This document shows, one piece after another, positions 32,574-44,389 of a stretch of DNA of 48,207 nucleotides. Under the pieces are notes generated by a model, which saw nothing but the letters and a program-made list of their open reading frames with translations, made no database searches and was not told where the DNA came from. Positions within the stretch are counted from its first letter, which is position 1; each line of letters begins with the position of its first letter. Origin of the DNA: Chromera velia (taxonomy: Eukaryota); NCBI GenBank assembly GCA_018398765.1, contig JAHBMJ010000496.1:1-48207 (forward strand). Reading direction: 5' to 3'. A program made the translations under genes and the position numbers.

Positions 32574-34433
32574 TTTCTGAGAATGTTTCGCACTGCTTCA
32601 AGCGAACCCTCGCAGATGCACCAGACACCATCGGAACGAGTGCGTGTCCTTGTGGATGAAATTGTGGTTTTGCGGGGTCCTGGAAGGGACAGGGTGTCAC
32701 GGGGGATCTGTTTGACTTTCTGTGTGTAATAAGTGCAGGCTGATGGCAAATGGCATCGCGCCGTTTCTCTGTATGCCCTTGTGAATGAGCCCGATCTGAA
32801 GTTCAAAGGGGGTCGGTCAGGGCTTTGGCTTGATTCATATTTTCCTGTTTTCACTGTTTGCCTCTTACGTGCACATGCTTCGGTCTCACTTGTCCTTCTT
32901 TCTCTCTCTGTGGACTTGGAGGAAGGCGTTCCTTTGCGTACCGTTGTGAAAAGAGAGAAAGGTGACAAAAAGGAGAAGGTCGTCAGCTGGTCTCTCTCAC
33001 GTATCGACTTACCGACATGAGGTGCTGCTTCCAGAGTCTCCGTGGTGCTTCATCTGCAACTCATACGTGTCTAGCGGTGTACGTATGTTTGTTTATGTGT
33101 GTGCGTGAGTGCGTTTGAGCAGGTTGGGCTCGTATGGCCAAGTTGGTTGTCACCGTCCTCGACGCTCTCCTGGTTGTCGAGAAGGAGAGGGGGGTCACGG
33201 AGGGCCCTAAACTGACTGTCCCCATGTCTGTGGCAACAACCGCGGCATACGACCCTGAGTCCCTCTGCCACAAACAGGGAAAGGTCAGTCAGTCGGTGGG
33301 GGGGGGGAGACTATATCTGCTTGGGAGAGAAGAACGTTAAGACAAACTTCGTTCTCTTTCCGAAGTTGTTTCTCTTGGCTTTCGTTGGTGCTGTTGGGTG
33401 ACTTTAGTCATTACATAGACCCCGCTGAATCCATCCCTTCCTCTCCCCTGCCTGCAGGTGAGCCTGGAGGCCGCAGGTGTTGCCCAGATGTGCGATTTGG
33501 CCTCTGTGATCTCTGACCCCTCTCTAGTCGGGTACTCCCCTGTCTCGGGAGAGGAAGCCTTCCGCACCGTTCTGGAGGAGAGAATGGAGTTCTCCTTCAA
33601 CGCTTTCTTCCCCCCTCCCACGGTCAGTCTCTCATTCTGAGCTAGGCAGGTTCGTTTGGCTTTGCGTCTATACTCGCCTGGTTTCCAGAGAAAGTCACGT
33701 GTGCTAGATGCTAGATGCATCAGGACTTCAAAAAGAGATCTGAGAAAGAGCAACAAGATGAATCGAATGAATTGGTTCTGCAGGCTGCGTCTCTGGTAGT
33801 GGAGCCCTACAAGCAGATCGATCTTCTCAAGGACCGCCCGCTTCACCTGACTGAGTGGCAGAATACCGGGGATGTCGCAGGGCTCCCCAAGGCCCTCAGT
33901 GCCCTGTTGGACCTTCTGGAACCTTTCCAGGGCCGCGTTTTTTTCTTCGAATTCGAGACGGCATACTGGAAGGGGGGCAGCGAGATGGGATTCGGGATGT
34001 TCTCAAATGGAGACCAGGTGGTGGCACAGTGCAGGTCGGTCCGGCAGTTTGTACAGCTGTCTTTTGTGTGGATGGTCATGCATCCTTTGCGTTTCTCTTT
34101 CTTTCCCTCTTCTGGATCTTCTGCATTGTTATTCTCAGGCGTTTTTTGGCATTCTAGAAAGCAGCCAATGCAATGGAAGTCCTCGTCGAAGTGTACTCAA
34201 CAAGCAGAGTGTGGAGAGAGTATCCTCCCTCCTTCTGTTCTCTTTCATCTTCTTTCAGGTGGCCCAACTGCTTCGGAGAGCAGCCTGTGTACTGCAAGAG
34301 AACGGTGAACTTTAACGACCAGCCCGTGGGGCAGGCAGTCGCGAAGGCATTCGGAGGAGAGGCGCCAAGTGCCTCGTGGCCGGGATTCTGTCCTGCTGAG
34401 GAGGGCGAACAGCAGACTGCTGTGATCGCCTAG
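30751..34433 (+). CDS. Multi-exon type II membrane protein with a clan GH-A (GH5/GH17/GH72-like) glycoside hydrolase-type domain
   Basis: ATG 30751; TM helix LVLLCAVLITVCALVFLGVVV; exon 1 (to 30976) joins in phase to exon 2 (31153). Acidic/Pro linker, then GISWNP, IRVYG (32286), ALVNEPDLK (~32775-32801), RVFFFEF; stop 34433. Internal exon borders are approximate. Confidence 0.7.
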
Positions 34434-36020
34434 GTCGCTTCTGTTTAGTGCGGGGGGGCTTGAGCAAAAGCACTTGTGGAAACAGGTTCAGAAGACAGGA
34501 CGGAGGGGACTCCTAAAAGTAAGTAAGAGGCGAATTTGTTGAGAAGAGGTGGAAACGCATGCTTTGATGAAAGGAGAGGGAAGCACGCACTTTACTGAGG
34601 GGAAGATGTATGACTCCCCGCTTAAGGGATGAGTGACGTGACCAGAGAGAGACGCAGGGGTGGTTTTTTGTTGCATGTGAGTCTCCGGCCCTCGGAAGGA
34701 AGGAACCGTTTGGACTGCGGGAAGTGCGCCTCAGGGCCGGCATATAGATAAGCATGTGTGGAAAGATGTCGAGGGAGGCTGAGTCGAGGAGACCACAAAA
34801 TCCTTCCACGGTGACCGAATTTTGATGCTTAATATCTCTCACACGTACAGATCGATTGTTTAATTCTGATCAGCACCCCGCGAGAGCGGAGGTCGCGATC
34901 TTTCAGAATTCAATTTCGGGTTGTTTGATTTGAATTGTCGCGTGCACATGATTTTCGTGAGTCCACTTTTGTCTGGTTGGTTGTGCTGTTTAACTTTAAA
35001 GAATGTGATGAAATTATTTTAACGTCGGAGTCTCAAACCGAGACTCGTTCACGTGCGTCTGCCTTCTGCATACACTTTGAAGCACACTGCCAGTGGCAGT
35101 GGCACTACAGAAGCACACAAATCGCAAGTCCTTTGTCTTTTAAACTCTTTTCCGTGGATCAGTGACACAAGATCACCCTGGCTACGCCTAGGGCTGCGCG
35201 TGACTGGCCGACCGAGGCCTTACATCATTTGCTAAAGGCTTTGGCCTTCCACTTTCAAAGAATAACGTCCTGACTCTAGAGTAATCCCGGCCGGCAATAC
35301 TGCAAAATCAATTTAATGGAAAATTCAATTAATTTTCATCCGTTTTCATTAGCTTTCATTCCCGCTTAATTTTGATTATCTAATTTCTAGTTTAATTTTC
35401 AAAGGTTAACTTTTAGATCTATGTGCATTTCTCGAATTTATCAGCTGATACGACAGCTATTATTTCTATAATTATGATTACCATATTAATTCAAGGTTCT
35501 AAATTCAGCTAAATTTAGCTCTATATTTTAGTAATGATAACTAGGATAATAAGTGATAATGATTAAGCACTCAATAATTAATTACTAGATTAATTATTAA
35601 AATAAGATAATGGTACTTAATCATATAACTTTTATGTGTGTATTTCCATGCATCAGTTTTGTTACTTCATGAAGCGGACTCCACAGAGGGGGGAGGAGGT
35701 TGGAAAGCGGTAGAACAAGTTTTTTTTTTGAGGGGCCGGGGGGGGGAATACATGGATCATGTACCTCCTTTCCTAATTAAACTAGCGGAGGGATGAAGGT
35801 CAATAAGTTCCGATCGAATAGGGCCCGGACGGGGCCGGACCCCCCCCTCTTTATGAGGGATACCTCTGGGCCCGGTCATATTATATGTTATATTTTTTTT
35901 TGTTTCTAGTTTTTTTGTATAAGAATTTATAAATTATATAGTTTATATTGAATTCTGTCAAGACTGAAGCGATATTACGATGTGATTAGACAAATCACCC
36001 TTTGAGTCGGTTTAATTATA

Positions 36021-39000
36021 TTACCCTTCACCCCTGCTGTATGCATACAACAACGGGGCATGCATAAGATCCGGAGGGAGGCCGACAGCTCTGAAACCTG
36101 CCAGTCTCTTCGTCCATGCCGCAAAAGACGCCGTAAAGCGCCTTTGTCTCTCCTCTTCCGCACGATCCTTCGCCCCCCCCGGCCCTCTTGGGGCCCCCGT
36201 CCCATCTCCAGACCGCCTCTCCTTCACTCTCGGCAACGAAGGAGACAAACCGATGTGGGTGTGTCGTCGCATTTGTGCATTCAATGCACTTTGTTCGCCC
36301 TGTTTTGATGAAAGGAGAGATGAGGAACTCGGCGGAGACGCGTCTGCCTCTCTCCCTCTGTCTCGTGCTTTCAGAGCGTCACCCCTGTCTTCATCTTCCA
36401 TGTCCAAGAACCCCGACTCAGAGGCATTCTCTTGATCTGATTCGGGTGGGGTGTCAATCTCAAACACCTCCACGCTCACGTTCATCCCGGAAGGAGACGG
36501 CAAAAGCATTTCGTTATCCCTCGGAGACAGGACAGAGGCCGGCGTAGGGCTTGGGTGAATGAGTCGGGAGACGGGACCGTTTGAGGGGGGGGTCACAGCA
36601 AAGGATACGGAGGGATGGGGGAGAAGGGAAGAGGGCTGAGGAGTACTTGACACTTCTTTCTCTATCTCTCCCTTTTCTTTTTCGGTTTTCGCTGCCTGGT
36701 GATTCTGCCGTGGAGCCTCCTTCTGATCTTGTTTTGAGAACCTCGGGGTGTGTGATGAAAGGGGAGACGCAGCAATACTCAGCTGGGGGGACAGAAGGAG
36801 GGCAAGGGGGTTGATCAGAGGGGAACGCACTTGGGTCGCACTTGGAGAGATCTGGAGGGATGGTGCCCCCGTATGTCGAAGAGGATGAGTAGTGGACTCA
36901 TCTGTATCCTCACCCCCCTTCTTTGACATTATTCCAGTCTGGTGAAGGAGTAATCGAAGAACGACACGTGGAGGAGGGGGGGGGGGGGGNNNNNNGGGGG
37001 GGGGGGGGGGGTGTTTTCTCTATGGCCTGCAGCACGGCACTCATCCAACATGAGAGCAGACCGCTCCGTAATTCCTCTGAAGCAATCGATTCGCGCAGAC
37101 CCAGAAGAAAGAGACGACGGGACCTTATGACCCCGCGGGAACGGAACGCTTGTGACACCGTCTCCCTGTCACCCCTGGCGTCTTTACTTTCTCTCTGCTT
37201 TCTCGCAGAGCTACTTAGCCCTCCATTGGCGAGGATTAAACCCTCAGCAGGGGCAGGGGGGAGACTGGCACCGAAAACGTCTTTCGATACTGCAGAGACA
37301 CACACTCCTGATTTTGTCTCAGATGGCAGAACCGAAATTTCTGCTGCTTCTGGGGGAAGTGTCCTTGAAGCGATGAGGAGACAGAGGGTGACCATCCTCC
37401 GAAATTGGAGGCTGGACAGGGCTGTGCCTTTGGACTCTGCTGAAAAGAGGAAACACTGGATAGGAGTCGTCTCTCGAACACCCCAGGCAGCACCCGCAGA
37501 ATCCTCGAGGGGGGCTGAAATTTCAATTTCCCTCACTTGTAATGACTTCAGGGGTGCGCTGTTCCTGTCAACCTTCCACGAGGAAGACGCGAAACGCGCC
37601 AGGCTCATAGCCGAAACCCGCCCCCCCTTCTGTAGAGCCTCGACTGCTTTCTTGAGGGCTTCGCTGTTCAGAACAAAGGAGGGAAGTGCTTGGGTAGATG
37701 TAGATGCTGCAGCTGCAGTTTCTCTGCTTTGGGTCATCCGGGGTGATGAAAACGAAGAGAAAGAGGAGGCCAGAGGGAACAGATATTCGACTCGTCGAAT
37801 AGCATTCCGGCCTTCTCGTTCTGCATTGAATGTTCTACGTACAGGCGCGAGTGCTAGAATGGAAATCTCGGGGGGCAGTTGTTGGCTCACAAAAGAAACC
37901 AACCGGGCACAAAGCGTGTCTGCAAGCGCTTCCGCCTCTCTCCTTACCCTTCCTGATCTTATTTCGTAATTCTGCTTTTCGGGCCCAGCCGCATCTTCCC
38001 CTATATAACTACACCCGCCACATTGCTTCTCTTCCTTCTCCCCCTCCATCCAACTCCCTTCGCTGAAGGTGCCCCTACTATGCCGACACCCCCTTTTCCT
38101 TCCTTGAATCTCCCTCAAAACTTCCGAGTTACCGAACCCCGTCTCCCCCCTCTCCAAACTACCAGGCGACTCTCTCCAATCCATCTCAAACAATTCCGAT
38201 ATTGTCGCACTCTGAAAACGTCTAGGCCCCTTTTCACCCCCCGCACCCCTGTCACCCCCCAGATGCCCATACAACATTGCAAGAGGCACCTCTCCCTCTG
38301 TACTCCCCTCATGAGTCTCATTCACCACTTCACTCAACCTACCCCCCTCCGAAAAGGGAAAATTCAACCCCCCCAAGACCCCCCCTCTGCCAAGTGCCGA
38401 TGGAAGCGTCACGGCCCGTCTGAAGAGATTCAACGCCACACCGGGGGTCTGTCCGTCTCCCCCTCCCCCCTCGACCCCCCCATTCCCCGACAGGAGCGTC
38501 TCAGGGGAGGCCGGGGGACTCCCACTCGACCCAGACGGGGCCGACACCTCCAGCCGTCCCGTCACAATCTGCCAGGAGGCAGAGACCCCCCCCTCAGTTG
38601 GGGCCAGACAGGACCAACGGGTTCTCAGAGAGTCCTGAAGGGCCGCGTGAGGAATCAGACCTGCATCTCGGGCGGGCGCCAAGAAAAACAAGAAGGGGAG
38701 GGAGAAGAAAACGTGTTGAGGATGACAGCAAGAAGAGAAAGGCAACAACAAATGGACGTTACGATGCTCCCTCCACAGCATGAGGACATGAAGCACAGGC
38801 TAACCATCCACAGGAAGACAAACAGATCCGACGAGCAAAGCAATAACCAAGAAAGAGTCTGAAAGACAGCCCACGAAACCTCCTACTGGGGTGCTTTCCC
38901 AATGATCCTTTCCGTTTCTCTTCATGCATTTACTTACTCACCTGCTTGAAAGAATGCCGCCTCCAATTCGGAGAGCAGAGAGGGACCATTGGACGACCGC

Positions 39001-39528
39001 TCCCATCCGTGGAGGCCCAGTCCGTTGTACGCAACCTGAGTGGACAGGAAGGAAGGACAAAACAGTCGGGCAGATGGATTGAATCAGGAACTTCGGAAAG
39101 CATTGTGGAGAGATTCGAAACTTGAATAAGCTCCTAAATAAGCACGTAGACGGTCTGCCTGGTGGGTGAGTGAGTACGCAGACGGGTGGAGAAGGGATTC
39201 ACTGGAAGCTTCGGGAAAGGAGAAGGCAGGCAAAGGACAGGAGCGAGAGGGTGGGAAGAGATGTGAAGCATCAAGAAGACTCTATTAAATGGTCGCAGGC
39301 AGACAAGACGATTTGCCCGACCAGCATTGCCACATTGATCCCCTCAGTGTGACTTGACTTCGGATTGGCACTGGGACTCGTTTCTTCATCGTCTCTTCGT
39401 TCTTTTCGTTTCAAGGCTGCGAGGTAGATCACAGCTGCTGTCGCAACACCCAAAGCAGAGGCAGGCAGGAGAAGGGAGTGGTGGACTTGTTTATCCATTG
39501 GGCGACTGTGTGTAGAAATGAGCTGCAC
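36021..39528 (-). CDS. TruA/Pus1-family pseudouridine synthase-like protein, catalytic Asp absent
   Basis: Exon 39035-38942 VAYNGLGLHGWE...ELEAAFFQA splices in phase to 38660 GLIP...WSCLAPTEGGVSASWQIV; then LPPEISILAL...FNA...RRVEYLFP, GTALSSLQFRRMV, PPAPAEGLIL. The frame change near 36990 coincides with an N gap in a G run. The first exon (39528-~39355) is tentative. Confidence 0.78.
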
Positions 39529-40464
39529 TGCTTCAAGATTGCATGGAAAGGTTCATATATATATATAGCTTCCTCAGACCACATCATTTTGTCTCATCGC
39601 GCCTCTTTGCGGCTCCTTCGGGTTGCACGAAACAGAGAATCGAGACCGTCCTCAACTGCTCCATCGATACTGGAAAGGTTTGGCTCGCAAAGTGTCCGAC
39701 TCTCGCTCTGTTCACCCATTTGAGCAACATCTCTTCGTCCACAGGACCAGGTAAACAGTGTATTAGACTGCAAGTAGCAAAGCGAGCCCAGGGCCCCAGG
39801 CCAATGCATCGTACTTCGTCAATTTGACAGCACAGACTTTCTGGTCTGGACCACAATTAACCAGGATAGCGGAAGCAGCAGAGATCAGCAGAGTCGGACG
39901 TAGAATGGACGGGTACGTCATCTATATATAAGACTCATAACTTGCTGCTGCAATGCTAGCGCAAACACCAGAAATGCATCATAATCAGGAGTTGCCGTGC
40001 AACACATGGCAGCTATATAGTGTACGCGCAACACTGCCAATTAACACATCGAATCGCGCGGCCCGCGTAAAAGCCCCGCATGCAGGAAAATGACTGACCT
40101 TCGATCATGCATGCATGCATGCAAACACAGAGCCTGTGACAGAGGTCCTTCGTTCAAGTTTACAAACTGTGATATTAATATGAATATCCTTTCCGCAGTC
40201 AATCCCATCCCATCCCGCCTAGCTGTCTCCTGCCTGCCTGGCTGCACGGCGTTTCTTTCTCATGATTGGCATTTCTTTCTTCTCATGAAAAAGCTAATTA
40301 ATTACTCATGCTCCTCAAATTTGCCGCCCGCCGGACTGTCGTGTATCTGTGCTTTCCCAGTGCATGCATGACTCCCTCATGTGTATACATCTTCCAACAG
40401 TGAGGTTCAAAGTGTAAGCTCATTCAAAGACTTTCTACTCAACCAGATTGCCCTCCTACTCAAC

Positions 40465-42947
40465 ATGAACTTGAGTGCAATTCCGGTCGAGCTTGTTGAC
40501 TTGTTCTCTGAAGCCCCATCTCCATGGCACGGCACTTGCCTCAGATCACTCTCAATCGCTTCTAAGTACCGAGAGAATGGCATTGAAGGAATGATGGAGG
40601 GTTGTACTCTCGTCATTTGCGATGCCGACCCCTTTCTTAAAAGAGTCAATCCGTCAGAAGATGACTCGGCGCAGAGACGGACAGAGCAGGGCGCTGTGCT
40701 CGAACGAAACATCGAGCCCCATCCTCAACTAGACATTCGATCAGACAGAGGAAAAAGCAGACTGAGGCGACGGATGAACAAAGACGGAGCCCTCATCATT
40801 GATGGATGTACAGGGAGATTTATGGCGTCAGAAGTTTTCTTGAAGTACAATGGGACTGCTCCACGGCTTGGGGGGGGTCTGGGGACCGCCGTTGCAGAGG
40901 AGGTCGCGAGAAGTTCGGGGGCTTTCTGCATCAAGGTATCAAGGGATGGGGCCATTTTCGTGTTTTGCGGTGAGGCACGGCCACAAAAATGGAAAGGGGA
41001 AGATGCCCGTCTTCTGAAAGAGAATTATGGTGGTCATCTCGGTATCGATCTCGAAAAGGCGAAGCTTCACTTTCAGCATGAGCTTCCAGAGAACTACCAG
41101 ATCGTGAAAGAAGTGGGAAGAGGGAGATTTGGCTGCTGCTTTCTTGTTGCCAAGAAGCCTGAGCGATTGTACACTGCCGATTGCAGGAATAGTGAATGGC
41201 TGAAGCACCCATTGAAACCTTATCTGAGTCTCCCTCCCTTCCCGCCCCAAACAGAAGCCCGTGCGTACTCCGACGAAGAGTACGATCAGATGCGACACAA
41301 GAAGCTGAGAAACGAAGAAGATGACACAAGCCCGCAGCTGGTCGTCAAAGTCGTCCTAGGGCAACTCATTGACAAGCCGAGAAGACCTGCAATCTTCTAT
41401 AAGAGGAGCTCCGGGTACACTCTCGCTCTTTCCTTCAGAGCTTTTCCCCTCTCCCTCGATGATCTCCCCTTCACCCTGTGTATCCTCAAACACCACCATC
41501 TCCGGTATAAAGAGGTGCACGGCGACTTGAACCCCAGCAACATGTACTACTTTGCTAAAGACGTGAAAGCGCATGACAGAAACACGCTGTACCCGAGCAC
41601 AGAAGAAGATGGTTCCATCACCTACACAAGGACCGCTTTGCAGCATCACATAGTAGATGTCATGATCAACCCAGAGTTTCAGCTCTCATACAAGTGGGAG
41701 GGGGGAGAGGATGAAAAGACGTGGTGCATAATCGACAGTGATCAAGGAGGAACAATCGCTTCACCTAAGCAAATCGTCAGCACGTACCACCATGACCCCC
41801 GAAACGCCACATGGGAAGTGTCCGATGACCTCATTGGTCTTCTCAACTGTGTGGTTGTCCGCATTGTTGGGCCACACGGCCTCAAGGTCGATACCGCGAA
41901 GGGGTTTTGCTATTCCGTCAGTCTGGACTCTTTGCAGGGTCTCTACCTACGCATCAAAAAGCTGTATGAGGACATAGAAAGTGATCCAAGCCGAGGCTAC
42001 CCCGTCCCAATCCCAGACCCTGAAAAGTGGAAAAAACCGTTGGAGTGGCAACCTGTCCCCGGCACAAGTTTTCTCGATGAGTTAGTGGGAGGAGGGCCGA
42101 TGCTTCGCTTCGTGCGGCCCTTTACTGATGCTTATTCCGTCCTGGATTCTGTCTCTCTCACTCAGCCGTCTTGTATCGCCATCACATCCCCTGTCGTGCC
42201 CCAGCAACAGACTCCCGTGAAAGTCTCTGCAGTTCTCCAACCACACACGCTTGCAACAGGCCTCCGGGAGTGGAGAGTGTTTGAGAGACTGCGGTGGCAG
42301 TGGAGAAGCACGTCGGAAGAATCAGAATTTCTAGACACCCTGACGAGACTTGTCAGCATTGCCGTTGAGAGGCCTCCAAAAGGAGGTACGGGGGATAGAA
42401 GTCTTGGGGGATGGTTGGTGGCTTTGGTGGAGAAAGAGAGGAAGTCGGGGATTCCGATTACTGTCCAAGACGGGGGCACACTTTTGGATGTCTTGCGTCA
42501 GGTGGGTGGGTTGAAGGTACATAGTGAGACCTTCAAGTCAGTCATAACGGCATTTTCTGTGAAGACCGGATCAGACAGGTGGGAAAGCCGCCTCCTCGAC
42601 AGTCTCTTTCAAACTCTTGCACGCTCAACAGTGGCAGACAGGCATATGCACTCGAGGACCATCCGAAAGACGGAGGGTTTGTGTGTACCTTCAGTGGGAC
42701 TGTGGTTGCAGCCACGGTCTTGTTGCAGGGTGACACTGCTCCCTACTGTCTTGAGGGGTTGGACGGGAAGTCTGCAGCTGGCAGGCACGACGGAGCTTTC
42801 AAAGGCGCGGAGTGGATGAGTGCAAAAGGCATGAAGGGGGTGGTGGTTGTGAAGTCTGAGAGTGGCAGAGTTCACATGGTTTTTCCCGGCAGACCCGCCC
42901 AAACGACGCCGGCAGTATTGCCAACAGTGTTTAAAATTGAACTGTAA
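40465..42947 (+). CDS. DAC (DisA_N/diadenylate cyclase-like) - protein kinase-like - DAC fusion protein
   Basis: N-terminal domain IASKYRENGIEGMMEGCTLVICD...KDGALIID...IKVSRDGAIFVF. Kinase motifs VGRGRFG, VVKVV, VHGDLNPSN, IIDSDQG. C-terminal domain PKDGGFV..SGTVVAATVLL...GRHDGA...VVVKSESGRV in the overlapping ORF 42579..42947, joinable by a 53-nt GT-AG intron (42579-42631). Confidence 0.82.
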
Positions 42948-44389
42948 GGTGATAAACCTAGTGATAGACTACTTTTTCGCCATCCTTAATTTCATATTCA
43001 CAATAAACTTTTCATCTTCTCAGTTTATATTTTTCGATAAACATCATACTACTACTAAGTAAAAGGTTATATATATTGTAGCATCATGATACGACTAGTG
43101 TAGACTAGTGATATGATTTGATGTGCTCTTCATAGCTCTTCATTACTAGCTTCATTATTTGTTAAGATAAATATTTCTAGAAATATTTCTTTAGCTTATT
43201 ATAAAATGTAAGCATCTTTCTCGCCGGTAGACTAGTATTAAAACTATAGTTATGGAGCACTTTTTGTTTTTATCGCTAGACCTTGAAGGTGGAGTTTTAT
43301 ACTACCTCTAGAGAAACCTCTAGTCTAGTGTCTAGTGATGTCTTAGCCTACTGAGCCTAGGCTGGGACTTCACAGTAATTTCCACTAAAAATTTCTGTTT
43401 CCGACGTTTCAGTCAACCTCTTATATATTTACTAGTACAATAACTAAAAAAACTCTTAATCAATCTGAATTTTATTCATGTTATCATCGCTTACTATCTT
43501 ATTAAACTGTAAAACTACATTCAATCTAGTATTCAATACTGTTCTAATTTATTTGTATTCTTTGTTTGATCAAAACTGACTTAGAAATCATTGTGATATT
43601 GATTAAGTCAATTTATTAAGTCTACATATCAACAGGTTTAAATTTGCAAACTTTAGTTAAGATTAGTAGCTAGATTGATATCTCAAACAGTTTTGTTCTT
43701 TCAATTTTTTTTTTAATGTGCACCTCTTCTCTTCTTCACCCTTGGAGCAGGATCAAAATTTTAATGGTATGCCTCCTTTTGAGATGCAGGTCGAATCGGA
43801 TGCGGCGAGGCTGATCCAATGGAGGCGGAATGGCCACGGGTGGCACAGAGAGGCAAACGCTGCATTCAAACTAGGCATTCAAAAGGCAAGAAAAAATGTG
43901 GATCCACAAACTATTCACAGTGAAAAGAGCTAAAATTTTGGAGGATTTGCGAAAGAACAAATGAAAAGAAAGGTAAGTGTGACCTGTCGTCACTGACTAG
44001 TTAGTTTAGTCACCTAGGTAGTCACAAATCTCTCCCATCCCTGTGGGTGAGGTGATCGAGTTCCTGCAGGTTGCGGGACTCCAACATATGCTTCAAAAAA
44101 CCCTTTTTAACCTTCTTGGGAAGCGGTTTTCTCAAGAACCCCGCCCCATTTTGGATCTCTCTCCATGCAGCTCCCCGGGCCTGCAGGTCCAGACATCCTG
44201 CAAAGGGATCAAAGAAACCGCATGAGTCTGTGCAATTAAAAGAGGAAGGAGAAGATAGGAAAGGTTATAAACTGTCGAAGACATACAGAGAGGACTCTTG
44301 TGACTGTATGGGCCAATGCGCAGACTGTTGGTCTTTCTGCCTATCTGACAGTATTTGTCTGCCTCTTTGTTCACTTGCCTCAGGCTGCT

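Noticed and set aside
36970..37012. Programmed frameshift in the Pus1-like gene
   Set aside because: The frame change coincides with an N gap inside a G homopolymer, so the length is unreliable.
36923..38862. Plus-strand ORFs of 348 and 279 aa
   Set aside because: Antisense shadows of the Pus1-like coding exon.
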